From: Haliotis cracherodii
Lineage: Eukaryota
Reading direction: 5' to 3'
DNA: 64,000 nucleotides
NCBI RefSeq assembly: GCF_022045235.1
Contig: NW_027266330.1
Location: 36,642,001-36,706,000, forward strand
Below the pieces are notes generated by a model. That model was not told the origin of the DNA and searched no databases. It worked only from the letters and a program-made list of their open reading frames with translations. The position numbers and the translations under genes were made by a program. This document shows positions 40,187 through 54,160 of this stretch, piece after piece. The stretch's first letter is position 1. Each line of letters starts with the position of its first letter.

Positions 40187-40514
40187 AAAGTCTGCGTGCG
40201 AGTATGCGTGCGTGTTTGTGTGCGTGTATGCGAGCGTTAGTTTTACGGCGCTTCTCGGAAGGTATGTGGGACTAGGTTGTCAATTACGACTGGATATTTG
40301 GTGACGCCGTATCCGATGCTGTGGGTCGATGCTCATATTGTTGGATCGCCGGTTTGTCTGCTCCAGGCCTTGCGCACGTTTCACCCACCCACCTGAACTG
40401 TACGTGCCGATAACACTGGTACTGTGATGTCCATCCTCCAACACGTACCACGAGCCTGTGACGTCTGACACCACGATGCTGTTGTCGATGACGGCATGAT
40501 CCCCCGCCTCCATG

Positions 40515-41272
40515 TGAAGACATCGTTTTGTGAAACGTTCCATGGGAAGACATCGTCTTGTGAAACTTTCCATTTGTAGAAATCGTTTTGGGAAATTTTC
40601 CATTAGTAGACATCGTTTTGTGACACTTTCCGTTGGTAGACATCGTTTTGTGAAACTTTCCGTTGGTAGACATCGTTTTCTGAAACTTTCCGTTGGTAGA
40701 CATCCTTTTGGGAAACTATCCGTTTGTGAATATAGTTTTGTTAAATTTTCCGTTGGTTGACAAGGTTTTGTGAATCTTTCCGTTGAGTAGACATCGTGTT
40801 GTGAAACCTTCCATTTGTAGACATCGTTTTGGGAAATTTTCCATTTGTAGACATCGTTTTGTGAAACATTCTGTTGGTAGACATTATTTTGTGAAACTTT
40901 CTGTTAGTAGACATCGTTTTGTGAAATTTTCCATTTGTAGTCATTGTTTTGTGAAACTTTCTGTTGGTAGACATCGTTTTGTGAAGATTTCAATTGGTTG
41001 ACATCGTTATGTGAAACCTTCAGTTGGTTGACATCGTTATGTGAAACCTTCCATTGGTAGAAATCGTATGTGAAGATTTCCAAAGGTAGATCTCGTCATG
41101 TGAAATCTTTCTTTGGTACACCCCGTTATATGAAACCTTACATCGGTAGGCCATGTTAAATGAAACCTTCAAAGGTAGGCCCCGTGATGTGTCGCTTTCC
41201 AAGGGAAGATCCCTCTATGTGAAACCTTTCATGGTAGACTGTTTTATGTGGAACCTTTCAAATGTAGACATC
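40515..41272. repeat. 30-bp minisatellite
   Basis: agacatcgttttgtgaaactttccgttggt. Confidence 0.95.
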
Positions 41273-41292
41273 GGGAAAAATGCCATGGGCAA

Positions 41293-41572
41293 AGTGAGTG
41301 AGTGAGTTGGGTTTAACGCCGCTTTTAACAGTATTCCAGTTATATCACGGCGTGTCAGCTTAATGTTGGAGGAAAGCCCGAAGTGATGCAGGTCTCAGAC
41401 GTTTATCACTTCGGTGAAACCCACGAGCAAGGGTATGGTGCTTACAAACCTAGAAACATAATCGGGGCTAACCGGGATTCGAACCCTCAATCATAGGTTT
41501 CTGGCGTGTCCAAGGGACGCAACTCTGCACAGCAAATCGCGGCGCCTTAGACGACTGGGCCACCCGTGCCCC
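41293..41572 (-). mobile_element. SINE family B (V-SINE-like), full length
   Basis: Reverse complement of the 14860 copy; flanks ccatgggcaaa / ccatcggcaga. Confidence 0.9.
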
Positions 41573-43129
41573 TCCATCGGCAGACATCATTACGTGAGTA
41601 TCGGCATGACTAAGCAAGGTTATATGATTGCTGCCACTGCTTCATCGTATTTCAGAACTCCCGTGACTAACTATCATTAATCCACCGTGACAATCGTCCT
41701 TTGAGCACACGTGGCGTACCTCCATTAACAGGTGGGCGTAAGTGATGCAGGGTACCTCATTATGATTTCTACAACGCTGATCTGTCTCCGGTCGTTCATA
41801 CAGGAATGTTATACAACACACAAAAAGTAGGGAAAAGGCGACAGGTAGCAACATTACCGTCACATATCATCAATCTAAGGCATGTTTTTTATTTATCTTT
41901 CGTCAATTCCAAAAGGCAAGACATTATCACAGCTTTTCGTACAAATGTTATCTCAGATTGGCTTTACAACTGCCGTGTTATCCGATCTCAAATACCCCCC
42001 ACTCCCCCAGCCAGACAAACTCTGGGGCCAAAATAACCCACAAGGTCTGAAAAAAACGAGCAAAAAGCGAATTAATGTCACCAGTGAACACGCTTTGAAA
42101 ATTTATTGAAAATAATTTCATCGTCAGAGGCAGGTTTGATAATCCAACATCACCGGGCTGTTAGCGTTGGACAATTTATTGAAGACAAGGTCAAAGGTTC
42201 TCTTAATCGTGTTTAGACTTCAGGAAGTCATATAAACATTCTTTTTTACGAGGCTTATAATGGGGTTTTATCGCGTGTGCAATATTTCTGATATTGTACC
42301 GCAGACATGATCTGCTCGACAGGTTGGTCGTTGACGTCAGTAAAAAATATCCCAAAGGATTGGTTACATTTCGAACGTCACGTAAACTAACAAATATGTA
42401 TTTATCAATCTAAAACATGATATACCTGTGTTATTATGAATAATGTAGATGCGTCTGTCTGGTGTTTGTTTCTACCTTCTCACGGTCATAGCATCCAACA
42501 CGTTACAGAATATCCAGGGTAACCCGTCGAAGCGAGTTTTTGAGAGAAGCTGTGATATAATATTTTTTCAAGGTTCTCTTAATACAGTGGAGCGTTAACC
42601 TCTTCACTGCAAAATGTGTTTAGAATGCAAACACATACAAGACTTGTTTAGTCACATTTGGTATTTTCTATAACGACATGTTAAGCTATCGCATCAAAGC
42701 ATAAACACCACGTAAGCACAACAGCCCCACTATGTAAACATGTTTAGAATGTAAAAAACTTTTAAACGTATGTAGAATTAACACATGTTGATAAAAAAAG
42801 GCGACAAAACCCTTTCCATATTCATCTCTGCCAAAAGTTTGTTCGATTCGACTATATCATGAGTATGTGTTTATGAATCACTATCACATGGTGATAATAC
42901 CAGGCACGTGTTCGCGAACAGGTGAGCGAATTCTGCCCCACGGGAGACACCCGTCACAAATACATGCAAAGGCAGGACAATTGTCGACCTGTAAAAATAA
43001 CAAACACGGGAACATATGGTAAAAGTCAAAACAGCGAGGTGCCTCGGAAATAATTTTTGTCACTGATGCGTCAAGTTTGAAAATTTCCTCGTGTCTTCCA
43101 TAAAATGTTTTTGGAAGTCTTTACTGAGG

Positions 43130-43320
43130 CTTTGATCACACAATTTCTGAGTAAACGTTTTAAGACGCTCTTTAAACATTGGAAGAAAGAGCATGCTCGA
43201 TTGTACCTCAAAAGTCGTGACATGTAGATACTAAGGTCAGGAACTGCGGGAACATTGCTCGACATAAAAGACAAGTTGACTACTGGAAAGATGAAGTCAT
43301 CCCTCTCGTCTTGTGTCACG
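43130..43320 (-). pseudogene. Penelope-like element RT C-terminal fragment
   Basis: QDERDDFIFPVVNLSFMSSNVPAVPDLSIYMSRLLRYNRACS matches the recalled PLE motif YDKRDDFxFxIVNFPFLSSNIPxxPAYGVYISQLIRYxRACS. Confidence 0.8.
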
Positions 43321-44059
43321 TTTAAACATGCTAAGATTTTATAAATATGTTTTGAAAAAGTGCTCATGATTAAGCAGTAAGTCAAATACGGAGATAATAT
43401 ATAACATATATTGAAAATAGAAGTGCAAATCAGATTCACAGGCACCTGCATAACGCAAATATCACTTGCAACAATCTTGGTATTTAACTTTTCTAAGATA
43501 GCAATATTCAGATCTAGACGACGTACAGTAACGTTAAAAAAAACCAAAGAGGTCCGGGTGCGACCAATTGAGCTAGGTGCAATTGTTAACTACGGTGCGA
43601 AATAATACTACACTTTGGCACTATACAGACTTAGATAAGTCGCTACACAACAGTTCGGTTGTACAGTGCAACCATACCAGCACACATCCTTAAGATTTCT
43701 GGACAGTGATCGACAACTGCCTGTACCGACCTGCGAACGAAAGGTGTACCATTCATATTGTTTCAGATCGACATTCGATCTGGTTTGAAACATTGGCATT
43801 TGAATTATTTGTTCGCGAGGCATTGTTTCTAGATTGTTTCCAACCTGCATTTATATGTAAAGGCGAGGACCTGATCCTGTCATCAAACACTCAATGACAG
43901 CAGAAGTGTAAAGGTCACAGCCCGAGGAGATATGTCTGTCCAGCCACGGTATTACTTCCGGCTTGCGGGTCATGATCTCGGGAACTCACGATGAGGTCTC
44001 GCGAAGGCGGATTAGATGAGATTTAAAGTCAGTAAGTCATATGGCAGTTAGCCGTGAGT

Positions 44060-44176
44060 TTAGCAATTAAAGGCGAGGTTGTAGTCGTCGATGTGGCTGT
44101 TGCTGTATGTGGCGAGGTTGGGGGGCTTGGCTTGCGGCCGAGGGATGAGGTTAGCTTGAGTCACGTCCACGAAAGT
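44060..44176 (-). CDS. Candidate terminal exon (TFVDVTQANLIPRPQAKPPNLATYSNSHIDDYNLAFNC*)
   Basis: GC3-biased codons and cag| acceptor, but weak pyrimidine tract; no family recognised. Confidence 0.3.
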   Translation of the reverse strand, partial: TFVDVTQANLIPRPQAKPPNLATYSNSHIDDYNLAFNC

Positions 44177-44682
44177 CTGTCACGCCATAACGGTGGTCTC
44201 AGACCTAGTCGGTCCTCGGAACTCTGTCGGGGCCCGCCAGATTTTAATCACCTTGTTATTGTTAATTTTTTTACGTGAAACATGAAAGGGCGTAAAAACA
44301 ACAAAACATAATTGAATATTTGGCTTGCTTACGAGCAGCTTCAATTTGACAAATTGAGTTTTCAACTTTATGTGTGTGAGTAAGACATACATATATAAAA
44401 ACAAGGATGAGGCCTCGACATGCTGACTCAGCATAATATTTTACTGTGAACACAAAGGGATGACTATCCAAGTATTGCTGTTTTGGCCAATTCTGCAGGG
44501 AGGACTCGGTCGCAATAGATCAAATTCAGGGACCATAAACAGTCGTCAGATCTCACTAAATTCCTGTCGAAGATCGGGCTGTTTACGAGGCACACCCTGT
44601 ATCATGTATAAACCGCCAGAAACATGTTTTTCGAGACTAAACACAAGCCTAAACACGATTCTTGTCCAATTGTGACCAATAA

Positions 44683-44685
<3 letters not shown>

Positions 44686-44752
<67 letters not shown>
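44686..44752. repeat. (CT)n microsatellite
   Basis: Perfect dinucleotide run. Confidence 1.
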
Positions 44753-44754
<2 letters not shown>

Positions 44755-45204
44755 GCCTGGCCGGCACACTGCGGACATCACCAAGTCACACCATATGGTG
44801 CCATGGCAACAGCGTCACTAACGGCAATCCCGCAGATAATGGAACTCCCTACTTCCTAAATGGTGTAACGCACCCATCACAGCATGCGTCAGATTTGGGA
44901 TTAAAAGGACATGAATTTTAATTGCTTTAAAATGCACTGATTTAATTTACGTTAATTGATTTATATATTCCTGTCAGGAAGCGCCATGCTAGGCTGGACG
45001 TGTGTGCTGGCAGATGCCGACATGGCTGTGCGGTGGTCTACGATGGGACAACATCTAAAACACATTTCCGTAATAGGTATATAACCTGTATTGCTATATG
45101 TGTTGCCCTGTGACGTAGTGCCTATCCTTTTCAGGTCTAACAGTCCGAGCGGGTGGAAGTCTGGCTTGCACAGAGAGCTGTGTTCTGTAAAGATAAAGAG
45201 AGGT

Positions 45205-45385
45205 GGGCGGACACCAAGATAGTGTCTTTACGTCCGGTTGGAACATGTGTGTGGACACCAATATAGTGTCTTTAAGTCCAATTTAGACACGTGTGCGCAT
45301 ACTAAGATAGCGGCCCTAAGTCCGGTTTAGACACGTGTGCGCATAATAAGATAGCGGCCCTAAGTCTGGTTTGGACATGTGTGCG
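45205..45385. repeat. 44-bp tandem repeat, 4 copies
   Basis: aagatagYgKcYYtaagtccggtt.gacacgtgtg. Confidence 0.8.
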
Positions 45386-45404
45386 TGTCTTAACTATGTA
45401 AACA

Positions 45405-46600
45405 GTGAACAATCCAATAGAACCATCGATAATGAACTGCCTAATACAACCAGCAGAGCCAACGGTCTAAAAAGAACTTCCTACATGCACAGTGAACGGC
45501 CAAATCGAACATGTCATAATCAACGGCCAAATCAAACATGTCATAGTCAACGTCCTAATCAAACATGTCATAGTCAACGGTCTTATCGAACATGTCATGG
45601 TCAACGGTCTAATCGAAAATATCATGGACAACGGTCTAGTAGAACCAGTCATGGTTAACGGCCTAATCAAACATGTCATAGTCAACGGCCTAATAAAACA
45701 TGTCATCGCCAACGGTCTAATCGAACATGTCATTGTCAACGGTCTAGAAGAACCAGCCATGGTCAACGATCTAATCGAACATGTCATTGTCTACGGTCTA
45801 GAAGAACCAGTCATGGTCAACGGTCTAATCGAACATGTCACGATCAACGGTCTAATCGAACATGTCACGGTCAACGGTCTAGTAGAACCAGTCATGGTCA
45901 ACGGTCTAATCGAACATGTCACGATCAACGGTCTAATCGAACATGTCATGGTCAACGGTCTAGTAGAACTAGTCATGGTCAGGGGTCTAATCGAACATGT
46001 CATAGTCAACGGTCTAGTAGAACTAGTCATAGTCAACGGCCCATTCGAACATGTCATGGTCAACGGTCTAGTAGAACCAGTCATGGTCAACGGTCTAGTA
46101 GAACCAGTCATGGTCAACGGTCAAGTAGAACCAGTCATGGTCAACGGTCTAGTAGAACCAGTCATGGTCAACGGTCAAGTAGAACCAGTCATGGTCAACG
46201 GTCTAATCGAACATGTCATTGTCTACGGTCTAGAAGAACCAGTCATGGTCAACGGTCTAATCGAACATGTCACGATCAACGGTCTAATCGAACATGTCAC
46301 GGTCAACGGTCTAGTAGAACCAGTCATGGTCAACGGTCTAATCGAACATGTCACGATCAACGGTCTAATCGAACATGTCATGGTCAACGGTCTAGTAGAA
46401 CTAGTCATGGTCAGGGGTCTAATCGAACATGTCATAGTCAACGGTCTAGTAGAACTAGTCATAGTCAACGGCCCATTCGAACATGTCATGGTCAACGGTC
46501 TAGTAGAACCAGTCATGGTCAACGGTCTAGTAGAACCAGTCATGGTCAACGGTCAAGTAGAACCAGTCATGGTCAACGGTCTAGTAGAACCAGCTGTGGT
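45405..46600. repeat. 27-bp minisatellite with a 432-bp higher-order duplication
   Basis: ggtcaacggtctaatcgaacatgtcat / ggtcaacggtctagtagaaccagtcat; identical ORFs at 45791 and 46223. Confidence 0.95.
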
Positions 46601-47462
46601 GACGGTAGACAATGCACTTGGTTGTAGTGTAGTGTCAGGGCATATTGTAGAATAATTTAATTTTTGTTCGCAGTGTTTTGTGGATTTTTTTTTTCTCTCG
46701 TTAGTTCTCCTTCACGTAATAAAGCTTTCACCGAAATCAGTTATGTGTTTTTTAATACTAGCCTGCCTTATCTTGAATGAGTTGAGGCAGATAGACGTTC
46801 CTCATTCTGCAATCTCCGTGGTGGATGAAAGAAACGACTGAGGAAAATGTACTCGCGTCGATAGTGAAGTGAAAGGAATGGCTACTCAGACAAAATAATC
46901 ACCTTGCTATTTTGATAAAAGGGAAATATTTAAGCAGAAACAAAACATCTTATGATCTCATTACTTCTGATAGGCAATTAGAGAGAGCTGGTATGGTTCG
47001 ACGCCACCATTAGCAATGTTGCATTTCAATTTCATGGCGGGGACAGGAACAGTCAGCTTCACACATTATACCCCTAAGGGAAACTGAACCTGGGTATTAG
47101 GCTTTAACCTAGGCTAACCATCCACCCATGTAGACAATAAGAAAAGACCCATTGCCCCGCGGTAGGACCTACTCATGTGAGTGAGTGAGCGGGATTAACT
47201 TGGGTCGAAAGCAAAACTGATGTGACACAGGTTGTGGATGTTTACCATTTTGATGAAACACAAGCACGTCGATTGAGAAGGGTTGCATTCGAACGCACAA
47301 TCTGAGGATCCTGGTATGGATCAGGGGCGTAACTCTGCACATTGAATTGCGGTGCCTGTACCGTACAACTCGTAACCCCAACCTCATGTGATCCACACCG
47401 TCGTTTGACATCAACCAACTGGTCAATCCGTTGGTTTTTTTGGCACTCATTTCTGTACACAT

Positions 47463-47630
47463 GAGTGAGTGCGTGAGTATGGTTTTACGCCGATTTTAGC
47501 AATATTCCAGAAATATCACGGCGGGGGACACCAGAAATGGGCTTCAAACATTGCACCCATGTCGGGAATCGAACCCGGGTCTTCGGCGTGACGAGCGAAC
47601 GCTTTAACCGCTAGGCTACCCCACCGCCCC
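47463..47630 (-). mobile_element. SINE family A, young full-length copy
   Basis: TSD tctgtacacat. Confidence 0.95.
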
Positions 47631-48472
47631 TCTGTACACATGAAGCAGTCATTGTGGCTATTTGATCCACAATTAAATAACAGCTAGCTGGCATCCATAC
47701 TGCACACCAGTTCTGCTTGTAAATTTCAACGAGGCAAGGTCGCAAGGATATGCCTTTACACAATTTTCTGTTTATAGGGAAACGTTTATTTTACAGTTCC
47801 TAAGTCTTAAGGCAAATAATCATGTTTACAGGCATAACAAGTGGCGTCAGAAAAAAAGGTCGACTAACACCATGACGTCATTGAGATGACAGGTAATTAG
47901 CCGTGTATAACAGCCTATGTTTGTTGTAAGGGGCCTGTCTGCACGTGCTGCCACTTCCCAGGGTGCAGTGAGTGGCGGTGACAGGACTTCCGGTACAAAT
48001 TAGTTCTGATTAATTAAAGCGGAAACAGGTAAATGATCTGGGATAATTCAGCAATTATGTAACAGATGCGCGTCCATGTTTTCTTTGGGAAATTTCCTAA
48101 TTCATCAGTTTCGCATTTGTTTAATCTAATCTCTTGATCTCTGCGATGAAGTTGAATGATGCTCCCATCTCGCACCCACGCGCAGAGTCTGGTACACACG
48201 TGGACCCCAACACACCACGCTTGTCGTAACAGTGTACACACATCGAGGATTGCTCTCTGCTGTGGGTGAGCGAGTGAATATCATTCCTTGTAGTATTCGT
48301 ACTTCACCAAGGCACTTGTCAGTTGTGACTGGGATGGACAAATAAGCAGTGACTGCCCGCCCCGAGAAACGTCGACACCGTCAGGCCGCAACGACACACG
48401 ATGAAATACATACAGAATCAGACACTAAGTCAGGTCAGAAGATACACAGTGTATGGACATGTATGAAGAGCT

Positions 48473-48872
48473 GAGATCTATTCTGCCATAGAATCCCAAC
48501 GGGAAGACAAGTATTTGGGGTTCTGGGGATCTACTCTGCCTTAAACTTCCAATGGGAAAACATTTAGTTGGGGTTCCTGTGATCTTTTCTGAGCTGGAAT
48601 CCCAACGAAAAATCATGTATTTGGGGTTTGGGGAATCTATTCTGCCCTATACTCCCAAAGGGAAAACATGTATTTGGGGTTTTACTGTGATCTATTCTGA
48701 GCTGGAATCCCAACGAGAAATCATGTATTTGGGGTTTTGGGAATATATTCTGTGCTAAACTCCCAAAGGGAAATCATTCATTTAGGGTTCCTGTGATCTA
48801 TTCTGAGCTGCAATCCCAACAGCAAATCATGTATTTGGGGTTCTGGGGATCTTTTCAGCCCTAAACTCACAA
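48473..48872. repeat. ~53-bp units forming a ~106-bp dimeric tandem repeat
   Basis: gatctattctgagctggaatcccaacg...atgtatttggggtt alternating variants. Confidence 0.85.
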
Positions 48873-49288
48873 CGTCAGATTACGGGTTCGAAATCTTAAT
48901 CCCTTTAATCTTATGAACACGCCCATAGCATGTGACATCATAAGTTACGTACATTGCGTGTTCTATTCAACCGTGTGATAATGTATATTATTTAATTCTC
49001 TTTGACAATGTAATGAATAAATAAGTATATTGCAAAGATACAATGATTTCTTTACTTATACCCGTTATTTCTTTATGTAATGAATGGGACAAAGAATATG
49101 TGGTACAAAACATAGATCAAAGGTTTATACACCGCCGTAGGATTGCAATGTGTGACGGTATCGTTCCAGCATATTTACACACATCCTGAACATAATGTTA
49201 AAAAAACAAATATTATTACACAGAAAACTGTTAATACTAATAGATATATCTTTGTAGATAAGATATTGTTTTTTGTTCTGACGAGGGT

Positions 49289-49833
49289 CATCTTCCCGAG
49301 GCAAGAGAGTTAACTGACTTTAAAAGTCCAGTTTCCACCCTTGCCGAACTAGGCTGGAATTACTGGGCTCGATCGTAGCGCCACCAGTGGCCATTATGAG
49401 TTATGTCCCTTCTAAGCCTCTCCTAAGGACCAATCAGATTCCACCTCTCGTATCACTTGCGTTTGCTTCACACAAAATGGTTGCGCCCGGTCAGGACGAT
49501 CTGATTGATAATCAATATCTATACTGTGATAAAACGGGTCTTACATCGCGAAATGCATCAAATTACGTGAGCACCTTGATTAAAAACATGAGAAGATTTG
49601 GAAAATATCTGCTGACAACGAGTTGGTGGTGCACATGATTTTCAAATCCTGCAATCGACCGAAATCTGAACAACAGTTTACGAACCGGATTTCAATTTCG
49701 GTGCGCGATTTTTATTGGACTATGCATAGACTCGTTAGTCCAGCCAAAATGTAACTCCATAATACCAGCCTATTTTGGCAAGGGTGGAAACTGGACTTTT
49801 ATAGTCAGTTAACTCTCTTGCCTCGGGAAGATG
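49289..49833. mobile_element. MITE with ~75-bp TIRs and a 9-bp TSD (MULE-like TSD length)
   Basis: catcttcccgaggcaagagagttaactgact... / ...agtcagttaactctcttgcctcgggaagatg; gacgagggt at 49280-49288 and 49834-49842. Confidence 0.9.
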
Positions 49834-50714
49834 GACGAGGGTTGGTCACTGACGCACTGATTGGTTGGGCCATTGGTCCTGATGAATAACGCAAGGACAA
49901 TGACAACATTGTGAGTACAACAACCAATTCAGAACTTCTCCAATACAACTTCACGTCTAAACAACATGATCGATATTCTCTCGCTGGTAAGGAAATAAAT
50001 AACCATGCTTTCATATATTCTGAATTACATGTTTTAATGTCTCATTATGTTCATACACAGAACAGCCTGCTATCATGTTGTCGATGAATACAGAGGGAGA
50101 AATCGTTTGTTTACATGTCATGCGTTACAGTTGTCAAAAAAATAAAACAACAGGTTGGTTACAATAGATATTGATTGCAATGGATGGGTAAAAATAATTA
50201 ACATAATAACGAGTAAATAGGCTTAGGAGACACGGTAAAAACATAAGATGGTATACTATATGTACAACTTGGTAAAGCTAATGATTAGAATAGTGCTACA
50301 GTATTATATAAATACGACCTTGCACTCAGCGTATTTAGAAAACAGGTTAACAGTTCCCTTTAAGCTAACTTTTTATCATCCGTTAAGGTTGTTAAAATTT
50401 GGTACACTGACACTTTAGTTTGATAAACGTCAGTCACTTAAGTCAGACTAAAAAGGACAGGGAATTAAAGTGCTTCAACAGTATTATTAATAATAAAACA
50501 ATGTTGCCAAATTGTAATTAAAGCGATTGGTTGTCTACTATAACGGCCTGTGTCTACTGCGGTCGGAGGGAACTACCTCTGAATATTACTAATACTCGGC
50601 GCTGGTCTCTGAAACATATGGTTCTTCAACACAGGCGGTCTTGCGTTTCCATAACTTGCACATGTCTCTAAAGGCAGTAATTATTAGTTTAGATAATCAG
50701 TTCCAGATGATATT

Positions 50715-50840
50715 AATAATAAGAACAAGATGTCCCTATAAAAAAACTTGGCGTCCTTATCTAGACTTGCCAATTATAGGGGTAGAATTACTGTACACAT
50801 AGAAACTTCTCATTCAGAACAGCCTTGGAGCAAGGCTAGA
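50715..50840 (-). mobile_element. Helentron/HINE-like element, copy 3
   Basis: aacaagatgtcc...tctagacttgc...agccttggagcaaggctaga; inverted sub-terminal repeats tctagacttgc / gcaaggctaga with a terminal hairpin. Confidence 0.6.
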
Positions 50841-51940
50841 ATTGCAAGTACAATATACGGAACACCTTTAGGCGTGGAGTAGTTTAACCAAATAAGTATA
50901 TACACGCCTTTGGTTTAACAGAGCGGGCGGGGTACGTCACTGAACCCTGTTTTTAAATTCAAATTTGTTCAATATTTTCCTTCAACAAACAATGATTAAT
51001 ACCTCAGCATCGTTTAATCATTAAACTTCTAATGCAAATATATGTTTCGCCTATCCTTGCTCTGACAGAACAGGGCTGGGTAAAACTGTGACTCGACAAG
51101 TTACGGCTTCCGTTTAGCAAATATTTGCGGTTTCGTAATTTTTTATTTATTTCCTCACTGTGAAATGCTGACACATGTAGAGAATCAAACAGTGCCATGA
51201 TTTAACTATGTTGATTGAAAGAGGAAGCGAATCCTACAATTCGTCCTTGCCCGCTGTGAGGAGATTAGGAAGTGCAAGGGGCTTGGATGTCCGCGTCACG
51301 GGTTGACTGGGTTCGGGAGCGTGCAGCGCAGTGGTGAGGCCAATACCTCATATAAGAGGGCTTATTATGACGTGCTTTTGAAGATAATTAAGCCTCGTCG
51401 ACCTGCCCGTCTCAAGGAGAAATTCATTTCCTATGTCAGCCAAGGGGAACAGTTTTAATGCTTAATGTTCAAATCAGTTAGGCTAAGAATTTACCTTCGT
51501 TAAGCAATGTTGATATTAATGAGAGAAATGAGAGTGTTTTGACTTCTTGTAAGAGGCAACATGCGCACCGTGTACCAATTTATGATACGTGAGTATGTTG
51601 TATGTATCATAAACAAACAATTTAAGGAAAGAACGTCTTTGAACGAAAAGTTTGTTTTTACGTTGCGACCAAAGTGACTCCATATGTTAAAGAGTATAAA
51701 CGTGTAAAAACATCTCAAGTAAAACATCAATTATGTGCGTAATGAAAATATGTTTAATTACACGTTATTGTCTCCGTCGGTCTAGCAATATATAGTAACA
51801 CGGGGCACGTGAAGACATTATTCGGCCAGTTTCACTCTGGTAACCACTTGCAGCTCCCAGCAATCTTCAAACGTTAACTGACACCCAGCCTCCGAACCAA
51901 GCATCTTTCCAGTACGTGTGTGTACTCTTCTGGGACTGAA

Positions 51941-52376
51941 CGTCTTTATAGTAGCAGGCGGTTTCAGGAGAATTCAAGGGGATGAAGGCGGGGGTAGGTG
52001 GTGCTGGTGGTGGTGTGGTGGTGGCACTGAATTGTACGTATTAATTGTCTGAGGACCAAAAATACTCCAGTAATGTGCACGTGATACACACGTTAACAGC
52101 TTTTCTGTGTCATCCTATTTATTTGTGATTTTCACAATGTCCTAATCCCCCCGCCCCCCACGTCTCTTTAGTAGCAGACGGTTTCAGGATTATTTAAAAG
52201 GATGAGGGGGGTGTGGGTCACAGGATGATTTTAAGTAATATTTTTTGTGGACCCATAATACTCTAGTAATGTGCACGTGATATGTAAACAGCTTTCATGT
52301 GTAATGCTACTTATTTGTTATTTTCAAAAAGTCCGAATCCCCTGCAACCCACCACCACCCACCGATCCATCCCTGC
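51941..52376. repeat. ~220-bp diverged tandem duplication
   Basis: tagtagcagRcggtttcagga and agtaatgtgcacgtgata each occur twice. Confidence 0.75.
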
Positions 52377-52764
52377 TGATTGCACCCACGACTGTGTGAA
52401 TTCCCAAACTTATATTGAATATTTCATTAATTTACGCTTCTGTTTGTAGCAGAGCTACAGGCATTTATAATGTAGTGAAATTTACACCCTCAGAGTCGAG
52501 TAGCTGCTACATTTGTAATGTGTGTAGGATGCATGTGCTGTGGAGTCTATGTCCAACGATTGTGAACATTCGTAGTAAGAACCCTTGTTGTCTGACAGTC
52601 ACTCGGCTTCCCACGTGTTTCTATAACCACGTACATATGTGGGGCATTCCTGTTGCCGTTCCACGTCGTGGAGGCGTAGTATTACGCCATATGTACGTCG
52701 GCATGTTACTGCTGTAATGTTGCGGGCCACACCTACTTGGTGTAACGGTATTATTGTGGGGATT

Positions 52765-53860
52765 AGGTCGGCGTGGTATAACTATAATGTTGCTGACTAC
52801 AGGTCGGCGTGGTATAACTATAATGTTGCTGTCTACATGTCGGCGTGGTATAACTATAATGTTGCTGACTACAGGTCGGCGTGGTACAACTATAATGTTG
52901 CTGACTACAGGTCGGCGTGGTACAACTATAATGTTGCTGACTACAGGTCGGCGTGGTATAACTATAATGTTGCTGACTACAGGTAGGCGTGGTACAACTA
53001 TAATGTTGCTGACTACAGGTCGGCGTGGTACAACTATAATGATGCTGACTACAGGTCGGCGTGGTATAACTATAATGTTGCTGATTACATGTCGGCATTG
53101 TACAACTATAATGTTGCTGACTACAGGTCGGCGTGGTATGACTATAATGATGCTGACCACAGCGTGGCGTGGTATAGCTATAATGTTGCTGACTACAGGT
53201 CGGCGTGGTATGACTATAATGATGTTGACTACAGTTCGGCGTGGTATAGCTATAATGTTGCTGACTACAGGTCGGCGTGGTATGACTATAATGATGTTGA
53301 CTACAGTTCGGCGTGGTATAACTATAATGTTGCTGACTTCAGGTCGGCGTGGTAAAGTTGTAATGTTGCTGTCTACATGTCGGCGTGGTATAACTATAAT
53401 GTTGCTGATTACATGTCGGCGTGGTATAACTGTAATGTTGCTGACTACATGTCGGCGTGGTATAGCTGTAATGTTGCTGTCTACAGGTAGGCGTGGAATA
53501 ACGCATGGTATCTCAGTGGAAAAGCACTATGAAATCGACATAACTCCGCACTAGTACAAGCAACCAAACACACGCACGCACACACACCTTCATGTACGTC
53601 GCTGTATACGCGCAATTATTTTGAACGCGACGTCAAACTCCATTTCACCTCACCTCACCTCACCTCGTAATGTCTACTGGTCGGTTTAATAGAACTATAA
53701 TGTTGCTGACTACAGTTCGGCGTGGAATAAATGTAATATTACTGTCTACAGGTGGACGAAGTATAACTGTCACATTTCTAGCTCCAGGTCGGCGTAACAT
53801 AACAGTCAAATAACTTGCTACAGGTCGATGTGGTATAGCTGTAATATTGCTGACTACAGC
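52765..53860 (+). repeat. 36-bp satellite S1 with an embedded family D SINE 3' part (53503-53666)
   Basis: aggtcggcgtggtataactataatgttgctgactac units. Confidence 0.95.
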
Positions 53861-54160
53861 TAGAAATCACGTTCAGTCGCTAACATGATACTGAGTCCCA
53901 TATATGCGTGAATAGTTACACGGTTTAAGAAACGTATACCCGCGGTGTATGTTTCATACCTACTGTGACTACAAAAACTTCCTCGGTAACGTCATGATCT
54001 TTAACACATTCAACCTAACGAGGATTAAAGGATAATCTCCACAAGGATGCGGATATCAGGCATATCCATCTTCAGTTTGTACAAGTAACTTATCATGAAG
54101 TACAACAAATCTTATTAAACTATTTTAATAAATGTTCATGCATGAGAAACAATTATATAC

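Noticed and set aside
44755-45152. Plus-strand exon-like segments after the (CT)n run
   Set aside because: Splice-like sites are present but no coherent reading frame or recognisable product
52765-53500. CRISPR-like 36-bp repeats (also S2 and the 30-34-bp arrays)
   Set aside because: Units are directly adjacent with no unique spacers; no cas genes; eukaryotic context
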